IMG/VR virus record: IMGVR_UViG_3300030099_005838
Strand: one strand, 5' to 3'
From: a virus
DNA: 64,000 bases
Positions 35,984 through 45,720 of this stretch are shown piece after piece. A model generated the notes under the pieces. It saw only the letters and a list, made by a program, of their open reading frames with translations, did no database searches and was not told where the DNA came from. Each line of letters opens with the position of its first letter. The first letter of the stretch is position 1. A program made the position numbers and the translations under genes.

Positions 35984-38023
35984 ATGACAAAGATAAAACA
36001 CAATTTTAATCCGATGGCTTTACGAGAGAGACACTCTGCAAGTTCTCGGACTAACAACTATTCATCTTTTTGGTTAGATGAAGGTTGGGATACCACCGGT
36101 TCTATCTTCGATGATGAAGAGAAGAAAAAAGGTGTAGACTTAATTGCATTGGCCTCTTATCGTAGAGCCATCAGTAATTTTGTTTCTATTGTAACCGGTG
36201 AGTCTGATATCAAAGTTACTTTTAATTCACATGGGGATAGCTATACTGACGGCAAGTCAGTTGTTATCTCTTCTAAACTAGATGATAAACTATTTGACTC
36301 AACTGTTGGTTTGGCACTTCACGAAGGTTCTCACATCAAACTATCAGATTTTGATTTTCTAAAAAATCTTACTGGTCACATACCAAACACTATAGTCGAC
36401 CAATCGAATAAGCTTGGTACTGAATATTTTACAGATGTTAAAAACCTACTTAACTATGTAGAGGATAGGAGAATTGATTACTTCGTATTCTCAAATTCAC
36501 CTGGTTATAAGGGTTACTATCATTCAATGTATGACAAGTATTTTCATTCAAAAGTAATTGATAAGGCTCTCCTGACTACTGAATACACTTCATTAGATTT
36601 AGATTCCTATATGTTTAGAATTATCAATCTTACTAATAAGAATTCAGACTTAGATGCTTTACCAGGTTTGAGAAAGATATACAACACTATCTTTAGTAAA
36701 GTAAAAACCTTATCTTCAACGAGTGAGTCTTTCTACATTGCTTGTAAAGTTTATCAAATTATTTTAGATAACATCACCCCAAAGTCAAAAATTGATGGTA
36801 ATCAAGTTCCACAACCTTCTGATGATGGTAATGGTAATGAGTCTTTAGATTCCTCTGGTAATAGTAATGATACCAAAGATTCATCTGAAGAATCTGTTTC
36901 TCAATCTCAACAATCTTCTGATAAACCAGAATTATCAGATGCTCAAAAAAAACAACTTGAGAATGCAATTAGAAAACAAAAGAAATTTATGGATGGTGAT
37001 ATTCAAAAGAAAAAGTTGACTAAGAAAGATAAAGCAGCTATGGATACTGTTGAATCAGCCGGTATGAGTTATGTTGATGTCGCCGGTGTTACTGATAGAT
37101 GGACTGGTAAAAAAACCCCCACTAAGGTTTTGATGGTAAAAAAGTTTAACAAAGCATTGGCTGAGTCTGATACAATCGGTATGATTTCTAATCCATCATA
37201 TGCTTGGTATCGTGAAGAAAACAAAGAAGCGGTCGATAAGGGTTTGGTTATGGGAACTATCTTAGGTAGAAAGCTTCAGGTTCGTGGTGAGTCTCGTGAG
37301 ACTAAGTGGTCCAGAAAAGATAGTGGTAGAATTGATAAGAGATTGATTGCAGAGTTAGGTTTTGGTAATGATAGAATTTTTCACACTTCTTTTGTAGAAC
37401 AGTATTCAGATGCTTTTCTTCACATCTCAGTTGATGCTAGTGGTTCGATGGGCGGAGATAAGTGGAGAAATACTCAAACTGCAGTAGTCGCAATTGCTAA
37501 GGCTTGTTCAATGATAAACAATGTTGATTTGGTTATCTCATACAGAAGTACTCAGAATTCAACTGGTAGATATGGTAGGGGTGGAAAGACTTACCCACTT
37601 ATGTTAATTGCTTATGATTCTAGAATTGACAAAATTAACAAAATCAAAAATATATTTCCTCTATTACATCCCGCAGGTACTACACCAGAAGGTTTATGTT
37701 TTGAGGCTGTAATGAAAGAAATAGAAATGGGTTCTAATGATAAAGATTCTTACTTTCTTAATTTTTCAGATGGGATGCCGATGTTTTCTAATGATGATAT
37801 TGATTACAATTGGGATACAGCAATCAATCATACTTCTCAAATGGTTAAGGAGATTAAGAATCGTGGTGTAAAAGTTCTCAGTTACTTTATCGGTGGTAGA
37901 TATGACACTCGTGATGAAAAAGGTACATTCACAAAAATGTATGGTAGTGATGCTGAGTACATCGATGTAACTTCTGTTCTACCAGTTGCCAAAACAATGA
38001 ATAAGAAATTCTTACAGAAGTAA
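35984..38023 (+). CDS. vWA-domain protein with N-terminal HExxH (CobT-like)
   Basis: ALHEGSH..EDRRID; acidic linker; VDASGSM MIDAS; GTTP; FSDG. Confidence 0.8.
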   Translation: MTKIKHNFNPMALRERHSASSRTNNYSSFWLDEGWDTTGSIFDDEEKKKGVDLIALASYRRAISNFVSIVTGESDIKVTFNSHGDSYTDGKSVVISSKLDDKLFDSTVGLALHEGSHIKLSDFDFLKNLTGHIPNTIVDQSNKLGTEYFTDVKNLLNYVEDRRIDYFVFSNSPGYKGYYHSMYDKYFHSKVIDKALLTTEYTSLDLDSYMFRIINLTNKNSDLDALPGLRKIYNTIFSKVKTLSSTSESFYIACKVYQIILDNITPKSKIDGNQVPQPSDDGNGNESLDSSGNSNDTKDSSEESVSQSQQSSDKPELSDAQKKQLENAIRKQKKFMDGDIQKKKLTKKDKAAMDTVESAGMSYVDVAGVTDRWTGKKTPTKVLMVKKFNKALAESDTIGMISNPSYAWYREENKEAVDKGLVMGTILGRKLQVRGESRETKWSRKDSGRIDKRLIAELGFGNDRIFHTSFVEQYSDAFLHISVDASGSMGGDKWRNTQTAVVAIAKACSMINNVDLVISYRSTQNSTGRYGRGGKTYPLMLIAYDSRIDKINKIKNIFPLLHPAGTTPEGLCFEAVMKEIEMGSNDKDSYFLNFSDGMPMFSNDDIDYNWDTAINHTSQMVKEIKNRGVKVLSYFIGGRYDTRDEKGTFTKMYGSDAEYIDVTSVLPVAKTMNKKFLQK

Positions 38024-38208
38024 TGATTACTAAGGTTTTAAAATGGTTACACAACAGAAAACTAAATTCACCAATGTGTCCTTGTGGGTGGAAAATGATT
38101 CCATCCACTCGCAAGCATTTCGAACAGTATTGGATATGTAAATGGAAAGAATGCACTTGGGAAGCATTTGCGACAACAAGCTATAGAATTAGATTTTGGA
38201 AATCGTAA
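38023..38208 (+). CDS. small Zn-binding hypothetical protein
   Basis: CPCG..CKWKEC. Confidence 0.5.
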   Translation: MITKVLKWLHNRKLNSPMCPCGWKMIPSTRKHFEQYWICKWKECTWEAFATTSYRIRFWKS

Positions 38209-38391
38209 ATGGGCTTTTTATTACATTCAAAAATGGTTAGAGATATGGTTACAAATTTGATTACAGACTATATTGAAGAGTGTCGAGAAAATGATTCAAC
38301 AGACCATACACAGTTTGTAAAGGATTTGTTCAGATATTTGCGATATGGAGAATTATCAAGAAAATTTAAAAAAAATGAAAAAAGTACTTGA
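38209..38391 (+). CDS. hypothetical protein
   Basis: Abuts upstream stop. Confidence 0.45.
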   Translation: MGFLLHSKMVRDMVTNLITDYIEECRENDSTDHTQFVKDLFRYLRYGELSRKFKKNEKST

Positions 38392-38417
38392 CTCATGTGC
38401 AATTTTATTCGTAGCTT
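38388..38417 (+). promoter_or_regulatory. early promoter
   Basis: TTGACT-N18-TAGCTT with upstream A-tracts. Confidence 0.75.
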
Positions 38418-38470
38418 AAGGTATGATTTTGAGAGATAATACAAACAACTTAACAAAAGGAAAAAACAAT

Positions 38471-39619
38471 ATGTCAAACGTTGTTGTAAAAATAGAAATG
38501 TCGGGTAACCGATATAATGCATGGGATGCTGATGGTAATAAATACACATCCCAAATTGGTAATGGTACTAGGAAAAGTGCCTTCCAAAAAGGTATGGCTC
38601 TTGAACAAAGAGTCAATAAAAATGGTAAAACTTTTTGGTGGAAAGTTCCGATGTCAGTTTTTGAAGCTTCCACCGCACCAGTAATCGATACCACTGGGAT
38701 TGACATCCCTACCGATCATGAGGAAGTTTTGAACTTCATTCACACTTCATATAACATCAAGCCACAAGGTTTAGTTATGAAAGAACTAAAGTGGAAGTAC
38801 TTAGTTCGTTCTGCTGTTCGTGGTAAGAATATTCTGATGACAGGTCCTGCGGGTTGTGGTAAGACAATGGCAGCTAAGTCATTGGTTAACTCACTTGACA
38901 GACCAGACTTCTACTTCAACTTGGGTGCAACTCAAGACCCCAGAGCCACCTTGATTGGTAATGTACACTTCGATAAAAAGAAAGGTACTTACTTTTCAGA
39001 ATCTCTGTTTGTCAAAGCGATTCAAACTCCAAATGCAGTTATCCTATTGGACGAGTTGAGTCGAGCCCATCCTGATGCTTGGAATATTTTAATGACAGTT
39101 TTAGATAGTGGTCAGAGATATCTCAGACTTGATGAGTCTGATGGTCAGGACACTATCAATGTGGCTGAAGGTGTTACTTTTGTCGCTACCGCTAATATTG
39201 GAAATGAATATACATCCACCAGAGTTATGGATAAGGCTCTAATGGATAGATTCATTATTGTTGAGATGGATGTGTTGAACTCTGAAGAAGAACATGGATT
39301 ACTTCAGTACATGTTCCCTCATGTTGATTCAGACTTACTAAAGTCTGTTGCTGAGATTTCAACTTTGACTCGTAATGAGGCTAAGTCTGAGTCAGGTAGG
39401 TTGTCAACTGGTATTTCAACCAGAACTTCGGTTGAGATTGCTGGACTACTCTTCGATGGTTTCAGATTGGAAGAGGCCGCTGAAGTTACTGTCTATCCTC
39501 AGTTTTCTGATGACGGTGGTCTTGAGTCTGAAAGAACCTATGTAAAGCAGTTAGTACAAAAGTATGTTTCCGATGGTTCTTCCGATGATTTATTTAATGA
39601 AGAAGAGTTAGATTCTTAA
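38471..39619 (+). CDS. MoxR/CobS/NorQ-type AAA+ ATPase
   Basis: GPAGCGKT, LLDELSR, ATAN, MDKALMDRF; AAGGA SD before 38471. Confidence 0.88.
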   Translation: MSNVVVKIEMSGNRYNAWDADGNKYTSQIGNGTRKSAFQKGMALEQRVNKNGKTFWWKVPMSVFEASTAPVIDTTGIDIPTDHEEVLNFIHTSYNIKPQGLVMKELKWKYLVRSAVRGKNILMTGPAGCGKTMAAKSLVNSLDRPDFYFNLGATQDPRATLIGNVHFDKKKGTYFSESLFVKAIQTPNAVILLDELSRAHPDAWNILMTVLDSGQRYLRLDESDGQDTINVAEGVTFVATANIGNEYTSTRVMDKALMDRFIIVEMDVLNSEEEHGLLQYMFPHVDSDLLKSVAEISTLTRNEAKSESGRLSTGISTRTSVEIAGLLFDGFRLEEAAEVTVYPQFSDDGGLESERTYVKQLVQKYVSDGSSDDLFNEEELDS

Positions 39620-39710
39620 TTCTCTCTGAGACACCATACTGGTGTCTATGGGGGTCGGGTTTTTTCCTTTTTCCTGGCCCCCTACAAAAATTAAAAGGAT
39701 GGAGTAAACG

Positions 39711-39998
39711 ATGAAGAAAAAAACGTGGAGTGATTACGAAACATTTTTAGTAATTGCACATAAGACAAAAAATTTACCACCTAATTATACAGCATATTTA
39801 CAGTATAAAACTGTATTAGAATTTGTATCAGGTATAGCCAATAGTAATGGTGATGTATTTTCTTATAAAGGTAATATTTATAATAAGAAGATAACATCTG
39901 GTCAAGCTATGCATATTTTAAATGCACACAATAGTTGTAAGTTTGATTCTAATTTAATAATTTGTGCAAACCAGATTGGTGTACAATTCGGGAGATAA
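39711..39998 (+). CDS. hypothetical protein
   Basis: GGAG SD. Confidence 0.55.
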   Translation: MKKKTWSDYETFLVIAHKTKNLPPNYTAYLQYKTVLEFVSGIANSNGDVFSYKGNIYNKKITSGQAMHILNAHNSCKFDSNLIICANQIGVQFGR

Positions 39999-40001
39999 GT
40001 T

Positions 40002-40517
40002 ATGGATAAAATAGGAATGTTTTGGGGTAGCAATACCGGTAACCAAGAAGAGGCCGCGGGTTTTTTAAAAGAGTATATGGAATCAGAAGGAATTGAAGTT
40101 GATGAATATAACATAGCTGATACTAATCCTGATAAAATGCTTGAATACAAAAAGCTAATAATCGGATGCCCCACCTGGCATATTGGAGAGTTGCAGGATG
40201 ATTGGGATTTTATATATGAAAAATATAAAGGGCTAGATTTTAGTGGAATTACAGCTGCTTTCTTTGGATGCGGTGACCAAGTTGGATATGCTGATAACTT
40301 TCTTGATGCACTTGGATTATTAGGAAAACCATTTATGGAGAATGGTGGCAAATTAATTGGTAAGTGGCCTACAGAAGGATATGAATTTGATAATTCACTA
40401 GGCCAAGACGGCGATGAATTTTTAGGTCTTGGGTTGGATAACGATAACGAGGAAGAACTTTCGGAGGAAAGATTGATAATATGGGCAGAATTAATTAAAG
40501 ATGAATTTGAAGCGTAA
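40002..40517 (+). CDS. fldA: long-chain flavodoxin
   Basis: GSNTGN, GCPTWHIGELQDDW, FGCGDQVGY..FLDA, GLDNDNE. Confidence 0.92.
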   Translation: MDKIGMFWGSNTGNQEEAAGFLKEYMESEGIEVDEYNIADTNPDKMLEYKKLIIGCPTWHIGELQDDWDFIYEKYKGLDFSGITAAFFGCGDQVGYADNFLDALGLLGKPFMENGGKLIGKWPTEGYEFDNSLGQDGDEFLGLGLDNDNEEELSEERLIIWAELIKDEFEA

Positions 40518-40531
40518 CTCAGGAGAATAAA

Positions 40532-40918
40532 ATGGGTAAGCAAGTAAAGAAACACGGTTATAGTTGTAAGTTGGTTAGGGTTGTCGATGGAGACACCTGT
40601 GATGCTATGATAGATTTAGGATTTGACGTTTGGGTAAAAAACAGAATCAGATTTTATGGTGTTGATACTTGGGAAAGTAGAACCAGAGATTTAGAAGAAA
40701 AAGAAAAAGGTCTCGCTGCAAAAGCCTTCACTAAAGACCTTTTAGAAAATTCAGATGAAGGCAAGTTTTCAATCATATCACATGGTAAAGGTAAATATGG
40801 TCGTGTGCTTGGAGAGTTATTTGTTAAGGGACATGAAAAGTCAGTAAATGAATTACTAAAAGAACATGGACATGCTTATGAGTATCATGGGGAGAAGAAA
40901 AAAGTATTTGGGAGTTAA
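40532..40918 (+). CDS. thermonuclease (SNase)-family protein
   Basis: VVDGDT..IDLGF..RIRFYGVDTWE..KYGRVL. Confidence 0.85.
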   Translation: MGKQVKKHGYSCKLVRVVDGDTCDAMIDLGFDVWVKNRIRFYGVDTWESRTRDLEEKEKGLAAKAFTKDLLENSDEGKFSIISHGKGKYGRVLGELFVKGHEKSVNELLKEHGHAYEYHGEKKKVFGS

Positions 40919-41308
40919 AAAATGAGTGAAAGAGAAGAATCTGTCGTGCGGAGTCAGGCTATTCTCTTAATGATGAGGAATTATTCGAAACCACATATCA
41001 TTAATAGAGTTGTTAAAAAATTCATGAGGTGTCTTAGGAATAGCCTGTGAAAAGAAATAAATCACAAGCTAAGGTAAAAGAAATATCTTTATTGGAGTTG
41101 AAAAGAAAAGTTGGTCCTCCAATAATAAATTTTAGGAAAAAAAGATAAGAGGTTATAATGCCAAAGAAAAAAAAAGGTCAGTTCGACCACTATAAAAAAT
41201 GGACAACAGATGAAGGTTACACCTTTGTCGCAGAAACTAAAAAAGATGCAATTGAGTATCTTAAACATATCGATTATTCTAATTTAGGTAAACTAAGAGA
41301 AGTGACTA

Positions 41309-41494
41309 ATGAAAGATAATTGTGTTTCCTGTAATAAGGAGACTATTTATAATAGAACGGATCATATCAATTTTAGAATAGGATATATTGAAGGTGCAGG
41401 TCAGTTATGTTTGGATTGTTATGATGAAATTTACATAGGAGTAAAAAATGTCAATAATTCCGATGCAAAGGGAAGTAAAAAAAATACAGAGTGA
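41309..41494 (+). CDS. small zinc-finger protein
   Basis: CVSC..YIEGAGQLCLDC. Confidence 0.55.
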   Translation: MKDNCVSCNKETIYNRTDHINFRIGYIEGAGQLCLDCYDEIYIGVKNVNNSDAKGSKKNTE

Positions 41495-41639
41495 GCTCTC
41501 TGAAATATCGAAAGGCTTACATCAAATACTAGAATTATTAAAAAAAGATAAAAAGTTTTCTATGGTTGTAAAAGAAAGTGACACCACTTCATTTTCTGAT
41601 GCCAGACACTTAATAGATTCTATGGAGGAAGAAGGATAA
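41448..41639 (+). CDS. hypothetical protein
   Basis: AGGAG SD. Confidence 0.55.
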   Translation: MSIIPMQREVKKIQSELSEISKGLHQILELLKKDKKFSMVVKESDTTSFSDARHLIDSMEEEG

Positions 41640-41785
41640 TGGCGAAGGCAAAAAGTTTTAACAATGAATCAAAAGAACAAAAACGTAGGAAAAAAACTAG
41701 GCAAGGGTACGGACGTGGAACAAAATTTTCTACTAGAGTAGGTAGTAAAAGATTCAAAAAGAAAAGGCGAGGACAGGGAAAATGA
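41639..41785 (+). CDS. highly basic 48-aa peptide (not in track)
   Basis: MAKAKSF..KKTRQGYGRGTKFSTRVGSKRFKKKRRGQGK; TAATG coupling. Confidence 0.65.
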   Translation: MAKAKSFNNESKEQKRRKKTRQGYGRGTKFSTRVGSKRFKKKRRGQGK

Positions 41786-41985
41786 CGAGGAAAAGCTATA
41801 GAGTTTTAGAAACTATATCAACTGTCAATGGAACTCTTTACAAAGATGATTTAGTAGATTTTGAAAATATAGAAAGTAATGGTGATTGGAGAGTTAAAGA
41901 TAAGATGGGTAAAATATGGTATATTAAAGAACAGCAACTTTCATCGTCACCTGTAAAATTATCAAAGGAGTCTAAGAATGAATAA
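41782..41985 (+). CDS. hypothetical protein
   Basis: ATGA coupling. Confidence 0.55.
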   Translation: MTRKSYRVLETISTVNGTLYKDDLVDFENIESNGDWRVKDKMGKIWYIKEQQLSSSPVKLSKESKNE

Positions 41986-42104
41986 ATTAGAAAAAGTTAT
42001 AGACGATGTAACCAGATTTATATTAGGTGATAGAAGAGATGGTGATGATCGTAGAGTGAAAAAATCAAAACGTAAACGCACCAGAAGAAAAGCAAATAGA
42101 AGAA

Positions 42105-42335
42105 ATGGATAGTAAATCATTAGAAGAACGTATTTCGGATTTAGAAAAATTGTCACATGAGCCACAAAATTATCGTGAAAAATGTGAGGAGATGGAAAAG
42201 CGAATTGACGAGTTAGAAAGTAAGATAGATGATTTTATGAATAAATGGGGGCCTGATGTACAGAAAAGAAGGGATGAAAGAGATGCGAAGTGGGATGAAA
42301 TGATTAGGGTATTAACTGTGCAGAGGAGAAAGTAA
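42105..42335 (+). CDS. coiled-coil hypothetical protein
   Basis: LEERISDLE..MEKRIDELE. Confidence 0.55.
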   Translation: MDSKSLEERISDLEKLSHEPQNYREKCEEMEKRIDELESKIDDFMNKWGPDVQKRRDERDAKWDEMIRVLTVQRRK

Positions 42336-42464
42336 TGGATATAGAGGCTTTAAATTATCTTGGATATACAGAGGTATTTGAAATATCGTTGTGGTTGGCA
42401 ATTATGTATACTGGTAAATGCTACATCGATGATTTTTTCAACAGAAGATTAAAGTAATATTTAG

Positions 42465-42473
42465 ATATTTATT
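42465..42473 (+). promoter_or_regulatory. putative late promoter motif
   Basis: ATATTTATT 4 nt before ATG 42478. Confidence 0.45.
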
Positions 42474-42477
42474 ATCT

Positions 42478-43260
42478 ATGAATAAAAAATCATTGCTACA
42501 GAGATTAGGAGAATCTCAGGTCTGGAAATCAATTATTAGGTCTGGTATTCCTAGAACTAGAAGACAGCGTATGCACGCAATTCTTGGTAGTGTATTCCTA
42601 CATCTACATCCTGCTAGACTTCCTAAACATGCGGTAAAGCTTGGATACACGTGGTGTATGGGTGGATTATCTTTTTTTCTATTTGTTAATCTAACAATCA
42701 CTGGTATTCTGCTTATGTTTTATTACAGGCCTGTAGTAGAATATGCCTATACCGATGTGATTGATTTGGCCGAACAAGTTCCATTAGGTATCATGAGAGA
42801 GCTACATAGATGGGCCGCACACTCTATGGTTCTTGTAGTTTGGTTACATATGTTAAGAGTATTTATGACAGGTTCTTACAAACCGCCAAGAGAATTTAAT
42901 TGGGGTGTGGGTGTTTTACTTATGACATTAACTATGTTTATGTCATTCACTGGTTATTTATTACCTTGGGACCAGTTGGCATTATGGGCCGTTACTGTTG
43001 GTTCGAATATGGCAAGGGCTCATCCTTTTATCGGACATGAAGGTCCTGGTGCTAGTCTACTAGCCATAGGGGATATAAACCTCATACATATTGGTTCTGA
43101 TGTAAGGTTCGCACTTATAGGTGGTAGATTTGTAGGTGAAGCTACACTACTTAGATTTTATGTGATTCATTGTATAGCAGTACCATTTATTATGATGATA
43201 TTTATGGCGGTTCATTTTTGGAGAATTCGTAAAGATGGTGGTATTTCAGGTCCGTTATGA
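42478..43260 (+). CDS. cytochrome b6-type subunit of a Rieske/cytochrome b complex
   Basis: WCMGG; HRWAAHSMVLVVWLH; GYLLPWDQ; HCIAVPFIMMIFMAVH. Confidence 0.92.
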   Translation: MNKKSLLQRLGESQVWKSIIRSGIPRTRRQRMHAILGSVFLHLHPARLPKHAVKLGYTWCMGGLSFFLFVNLTITGILLMFYYRPVVEYAYTDVIDLAEQVPLGIMRELHRWAAHSMVLVVWLHMLRVFMTGSYKPPREFNWGVGVLLMTLTMFMSFTGYLLPWDQLALWAVTVGSNMARAHPFIGHEGPGASLLAIGDINLIHIGSDVRFALIGGRFVGEATLLRFYVIHCIAVPFIMMIFMAVHFWRIRKDGGISGPL

Positions 43261-43448
43261 TATTAGATATTTTATACGCATGTGCTGTCTGTTTTGGTGA
43301 TGTCAATTCATCCGCTGTTAATGGAATGAATAAAGCCATAATATCTTTATTAGGAACTACAGGAGTCGTATTATCAGGTATTGTTGCATCAATATTTAGT
43401 ATAAGAAATAAATCTAAAAAAATGGGAGAAAATAATGGTTTTAGATAG
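43257..43448 (+). CDS. small membrane protein with CAVC motif
   Basis: YACAVCFGD..GMNKAIISLL + TM. Confidence 0.6.
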   Translation: MILDILYACAVCFGDVNSSAVNGMNKAIISLLGTTGVVLSGIVASIFSIRNKSKKMGENNGFR

Positions 43449-44004
43449 TTTATTAGCAGGAGTAATGTTGTTCAGCTCGTTTGCTGTAAGAACGCCAAAT
43501 GTACAACCGAACCCCGATGATTACGAAGTCAGTATTGGTGCTAGTCACCCAGCTTATTATTTCAATCGTCAATGGGAAAGAGAACTGGGTACTAAGTATA
43601 TTGATGATTTAGTTTGGGTTAAAATAGAAAATCATGTTTATTTTAAACCAGAGTATATGAATAAGGAAAGCAAGAATGTTAAGTATGCAAAATTAGATTG
43701 GAGAAAAGAATGGCGAGGAACTACTTGGGGATTTACAACTCGTTCCATTGATGAAACTTTGAAACTATATGAAACATTCGCATCAGTAGGGTATACCAAT
43801 AAAAAAACTTATTGGGGAAAGGTAGATTTTGAATTTTCTTTCGATGGATATGCTCCACCTGAACAAAGTTTCGAGTATGAAAATAAATTCAGAGTTAGTT
43901 GGAAGCTCACAGATAAAATCAGATTGTATAACTTAGGAGAAGTATCTAAATTAAAAGGTACTGAATTCTATAAAGCTAAGATAGGAATAGAGTATTCTTT
44001 ATAA
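43435..44004 (+). CDS. putative outer-membrane beta-barrel protein
   Basis: Signal-like N-term; alternating aromatic strands; ends YKAKIGIEYSL. Confidence 0.5.
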   Translation: MVLDSLLAGVMLFSSFAVRTPNVQPNPDDYEVSIGASHPAYYFNRQWERELGTKYIDDLVWVKIENHVYFKPEYMNKESKNVKYAKLDWRKEWRGTTWGFTTRSIDETLKLYETFASVGYTNKKTYWGKVDFEFSFDGYAPPEQSFEYENKFRVSWKLTDKIRLYNLGEVSKLKGTEFYKAKIGIEYSL

Positions 44005-44010
44005 TCCGTT

Positions 44011-44019
44011 ATATTTATA
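44011..44019 (+). promoter_or_regulatory. putative late promoter motif
   Basis: ATATTTATA upstream of the lysis-like cassette. Confidence 0.5.
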
Positions 44020-44027
44020 TTTGTATA

Positions 44028-44360
44028 ATGGAGAAATTCATGCCAGGTAAAAAACTATATAGAGGAAATGAGGATAAGGTTATAGATCAAAAACATTTTA
44101 TTAATACTAAATTAATAGAGATTATGGAGTACCGGCAATCACGAAAGTGGTATGTATCTATAGCTATAGTTTCCATATTCTCTTTTATATTAGCTATGAT
44201 GATTTATTATATGAGTCAAGGTAAAGATGTAACTGATGGATGGAAAGAAATACTATTGTTGATGTTAGGTGGATTCGTAGGTTCATTTGCTAAGGTAGTA
44301 GATTTTTGGTTCAATAATCAAGAGAACGATAATAAGTTATTAGAACATGCGGATGATTAA
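44028..44360 (+). CDS. two-TM holin-like protein
   Basis: Two TM helices; proximity to endolysin. Confidence 0.4.
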   Translation: MEKFMPGKKLYRGNEDKVIDQKHFINTKLIEIMEYRQSRKWYVSIAIVSIFSFILAMMIYYMSQGKDVTDGWKEILLLMLGGFVGSFAKVVDFWFNNQENDNKLLEHADD

Positions 44361-44362
44361 TT

Positions 44363-45013
44363 ATGAATATAGCAAACATAGCTGGTCACTTAGCATTTGG
44401 ATTAATAGCATTTTCTTTTCTGGTCAAGGACATCTTGTGGTTACGAGTTGTTTCTATACTGGCGAGTCTATTCTCAGTATTTTATAATTTCTACATACCA
44501 GCCGAACCGATGTGGTTGGCAATTAATTGGAATATTGTCTTTGTAGGGGTGAACTTATATCATATAGCAGTCATCATATATGAAAAACGACCAATTAAGA
44601 TGGCACCAAAAGATAAAGAGTTGTATGAAACTTTGTTTAAAGAATTAAGTCCTGTTGAATACTTGAAAATAAGTAAAGTTGCGGAATGGAAAAAATTCAA
44701 ATCTGGTGAAACTATAATAAGACAAGAACATTTGGTTTCAGATTTAATTCTTATATACAATGGCACGGTTGATGTTGTGGTTGGTAGGAAGAAAGTGGCT
44801 GAACTTAAAGATGGACAATTTGTAGGTGAAATGTCATTTTTAACTGAGAAGTCGGCAACAGCTACTTGTATCGTAAAACATGATACTGAATGTTTGGTGT
44901 GGAAACAACCAGAGTTCAAAGAATTATTAAAAAGAAATCCATCTTTGTATTATACGATACAAAGTTTATTAAGTAATCAATTAGTGAGTTACAGTAACAA
45001 AGGAGAAAAATAA
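44363..45013 (+). CDS. Popeye-like membrane protein with cyclic-nucleotide-binding domain
   Basis: Three TM (KDILWLRVVSI..INWNIVFVGVN); LIYNGTVDV..GQFVGEMSFL..ATAT. Confidence 0.8.
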   Translation: MNIANIAGHLAFGLIAFSFLVKDILWLRVVSILASLFSVFYNFYIPAEPMWLAINWNIVFVGVNLYHIAVIIYEKRPIKMAPKDKELYETLFKELSPVEYLKISKVAEWKKFKSGETIIRQEHLVSDLILIYNGTVDVVVGRKKVAELKDGQFVGEMSFLTEKSATATCIVKHDTECLVWKQPEFKELLKRNPSLYYTIQSLLSNQLVSYSNKGEK

Positions 45014-45489
45014 TGTTAGTAGAATTTAATGATATCATAGAAGTAGTATTACATCATGAAGGCGGGTATGTTAACGATCCCGATGATCCAGGCGGGGAAA
45101 CTAATTTTGGTATTGCAAAACGTAGTCATCCTGATGTTGATATTGCCAACTTAACTAAAGATGGTGCAAAAGAAATCTATAAGGAACATTATTGGGATAA
45201 GAACAAAGTAGAAAGTTTACCTGAAGATTTGAGACATATTTACTTTGACATGTGTGTAAACCAGGGTAGAGGTAGAGCTGTTAAGATTATGCAAAAAGCT
45301 GCTAATGCCAAAGGAGCTGGTTTAGTTGTGGATGGTGGTATGGGTCCTAAGACTATCGCCGCTATGGATGGTGTAGAACTACAAAGAGTTAGAGCATACA
45401 GAGTAAAGTATTATGCTGATTTAGTAACGAGAAAACCAGACTTAGAAAAGTTTTACTTTGGATGGTTTCGTAGAGCGTTGGAAGTCTAA
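45013..45489 (+). CDS. GH108 endolysin with peptidoglycan-binding domain
   Basis: HEGGYVNDPDDPGGETNFGI; VDGGMGPKT; GWFRR. Confidence 0.92.
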   Translation: MLVEFNDIIEVVLHHEGGYVNDPDDPGGETNFGIAKRSHPDVDIANLTKDGAKEIYKEHYWDKNKVESLPEDLRHIYFDMCVNQGRGRAVKIMQKAANAKGAGLVVDGGMGPKTIAAMDGVELQRVRAYRVKYYADLVTRKPDLEKFYFGWFRRALEV

Positions 45490-45720
45490 ATGGCTAAATA
45501 TAGAATAATAAAAACATTTATGACTAAACCTGAAGGGTGGGATTTTAAACATGGGATATGGCCGCCAGATTCTACCGCATGGGTTGCTCAATTAAATGAT
45601 AGCGATACACTTTGGGAATTTAGTGGGAGTAATGCATCAGCTTCTGCGGTTACCAAAAAAGATGAATTACAATCCTCTGATGCAGATAGGAAATATAGAA
45701 TAGAAGAAATACCTGAATGA
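45490..45720 (+). CDS. hypothetical protein
   Basis: Abuts endolysin stop. Confidence 0.55.
   Translation: MAKYRIIKTFMTKPEGWDFKHGIWPPDSTAWVAQLNDSDTLWEFSGSNASASAVTKKDELQSSDADRKYRIEEIPE

Noticed and set aside
39650-39682. GC hairpin after the AAA gene as terminator
   Set aside because: No U-tract follows the stem on either strand
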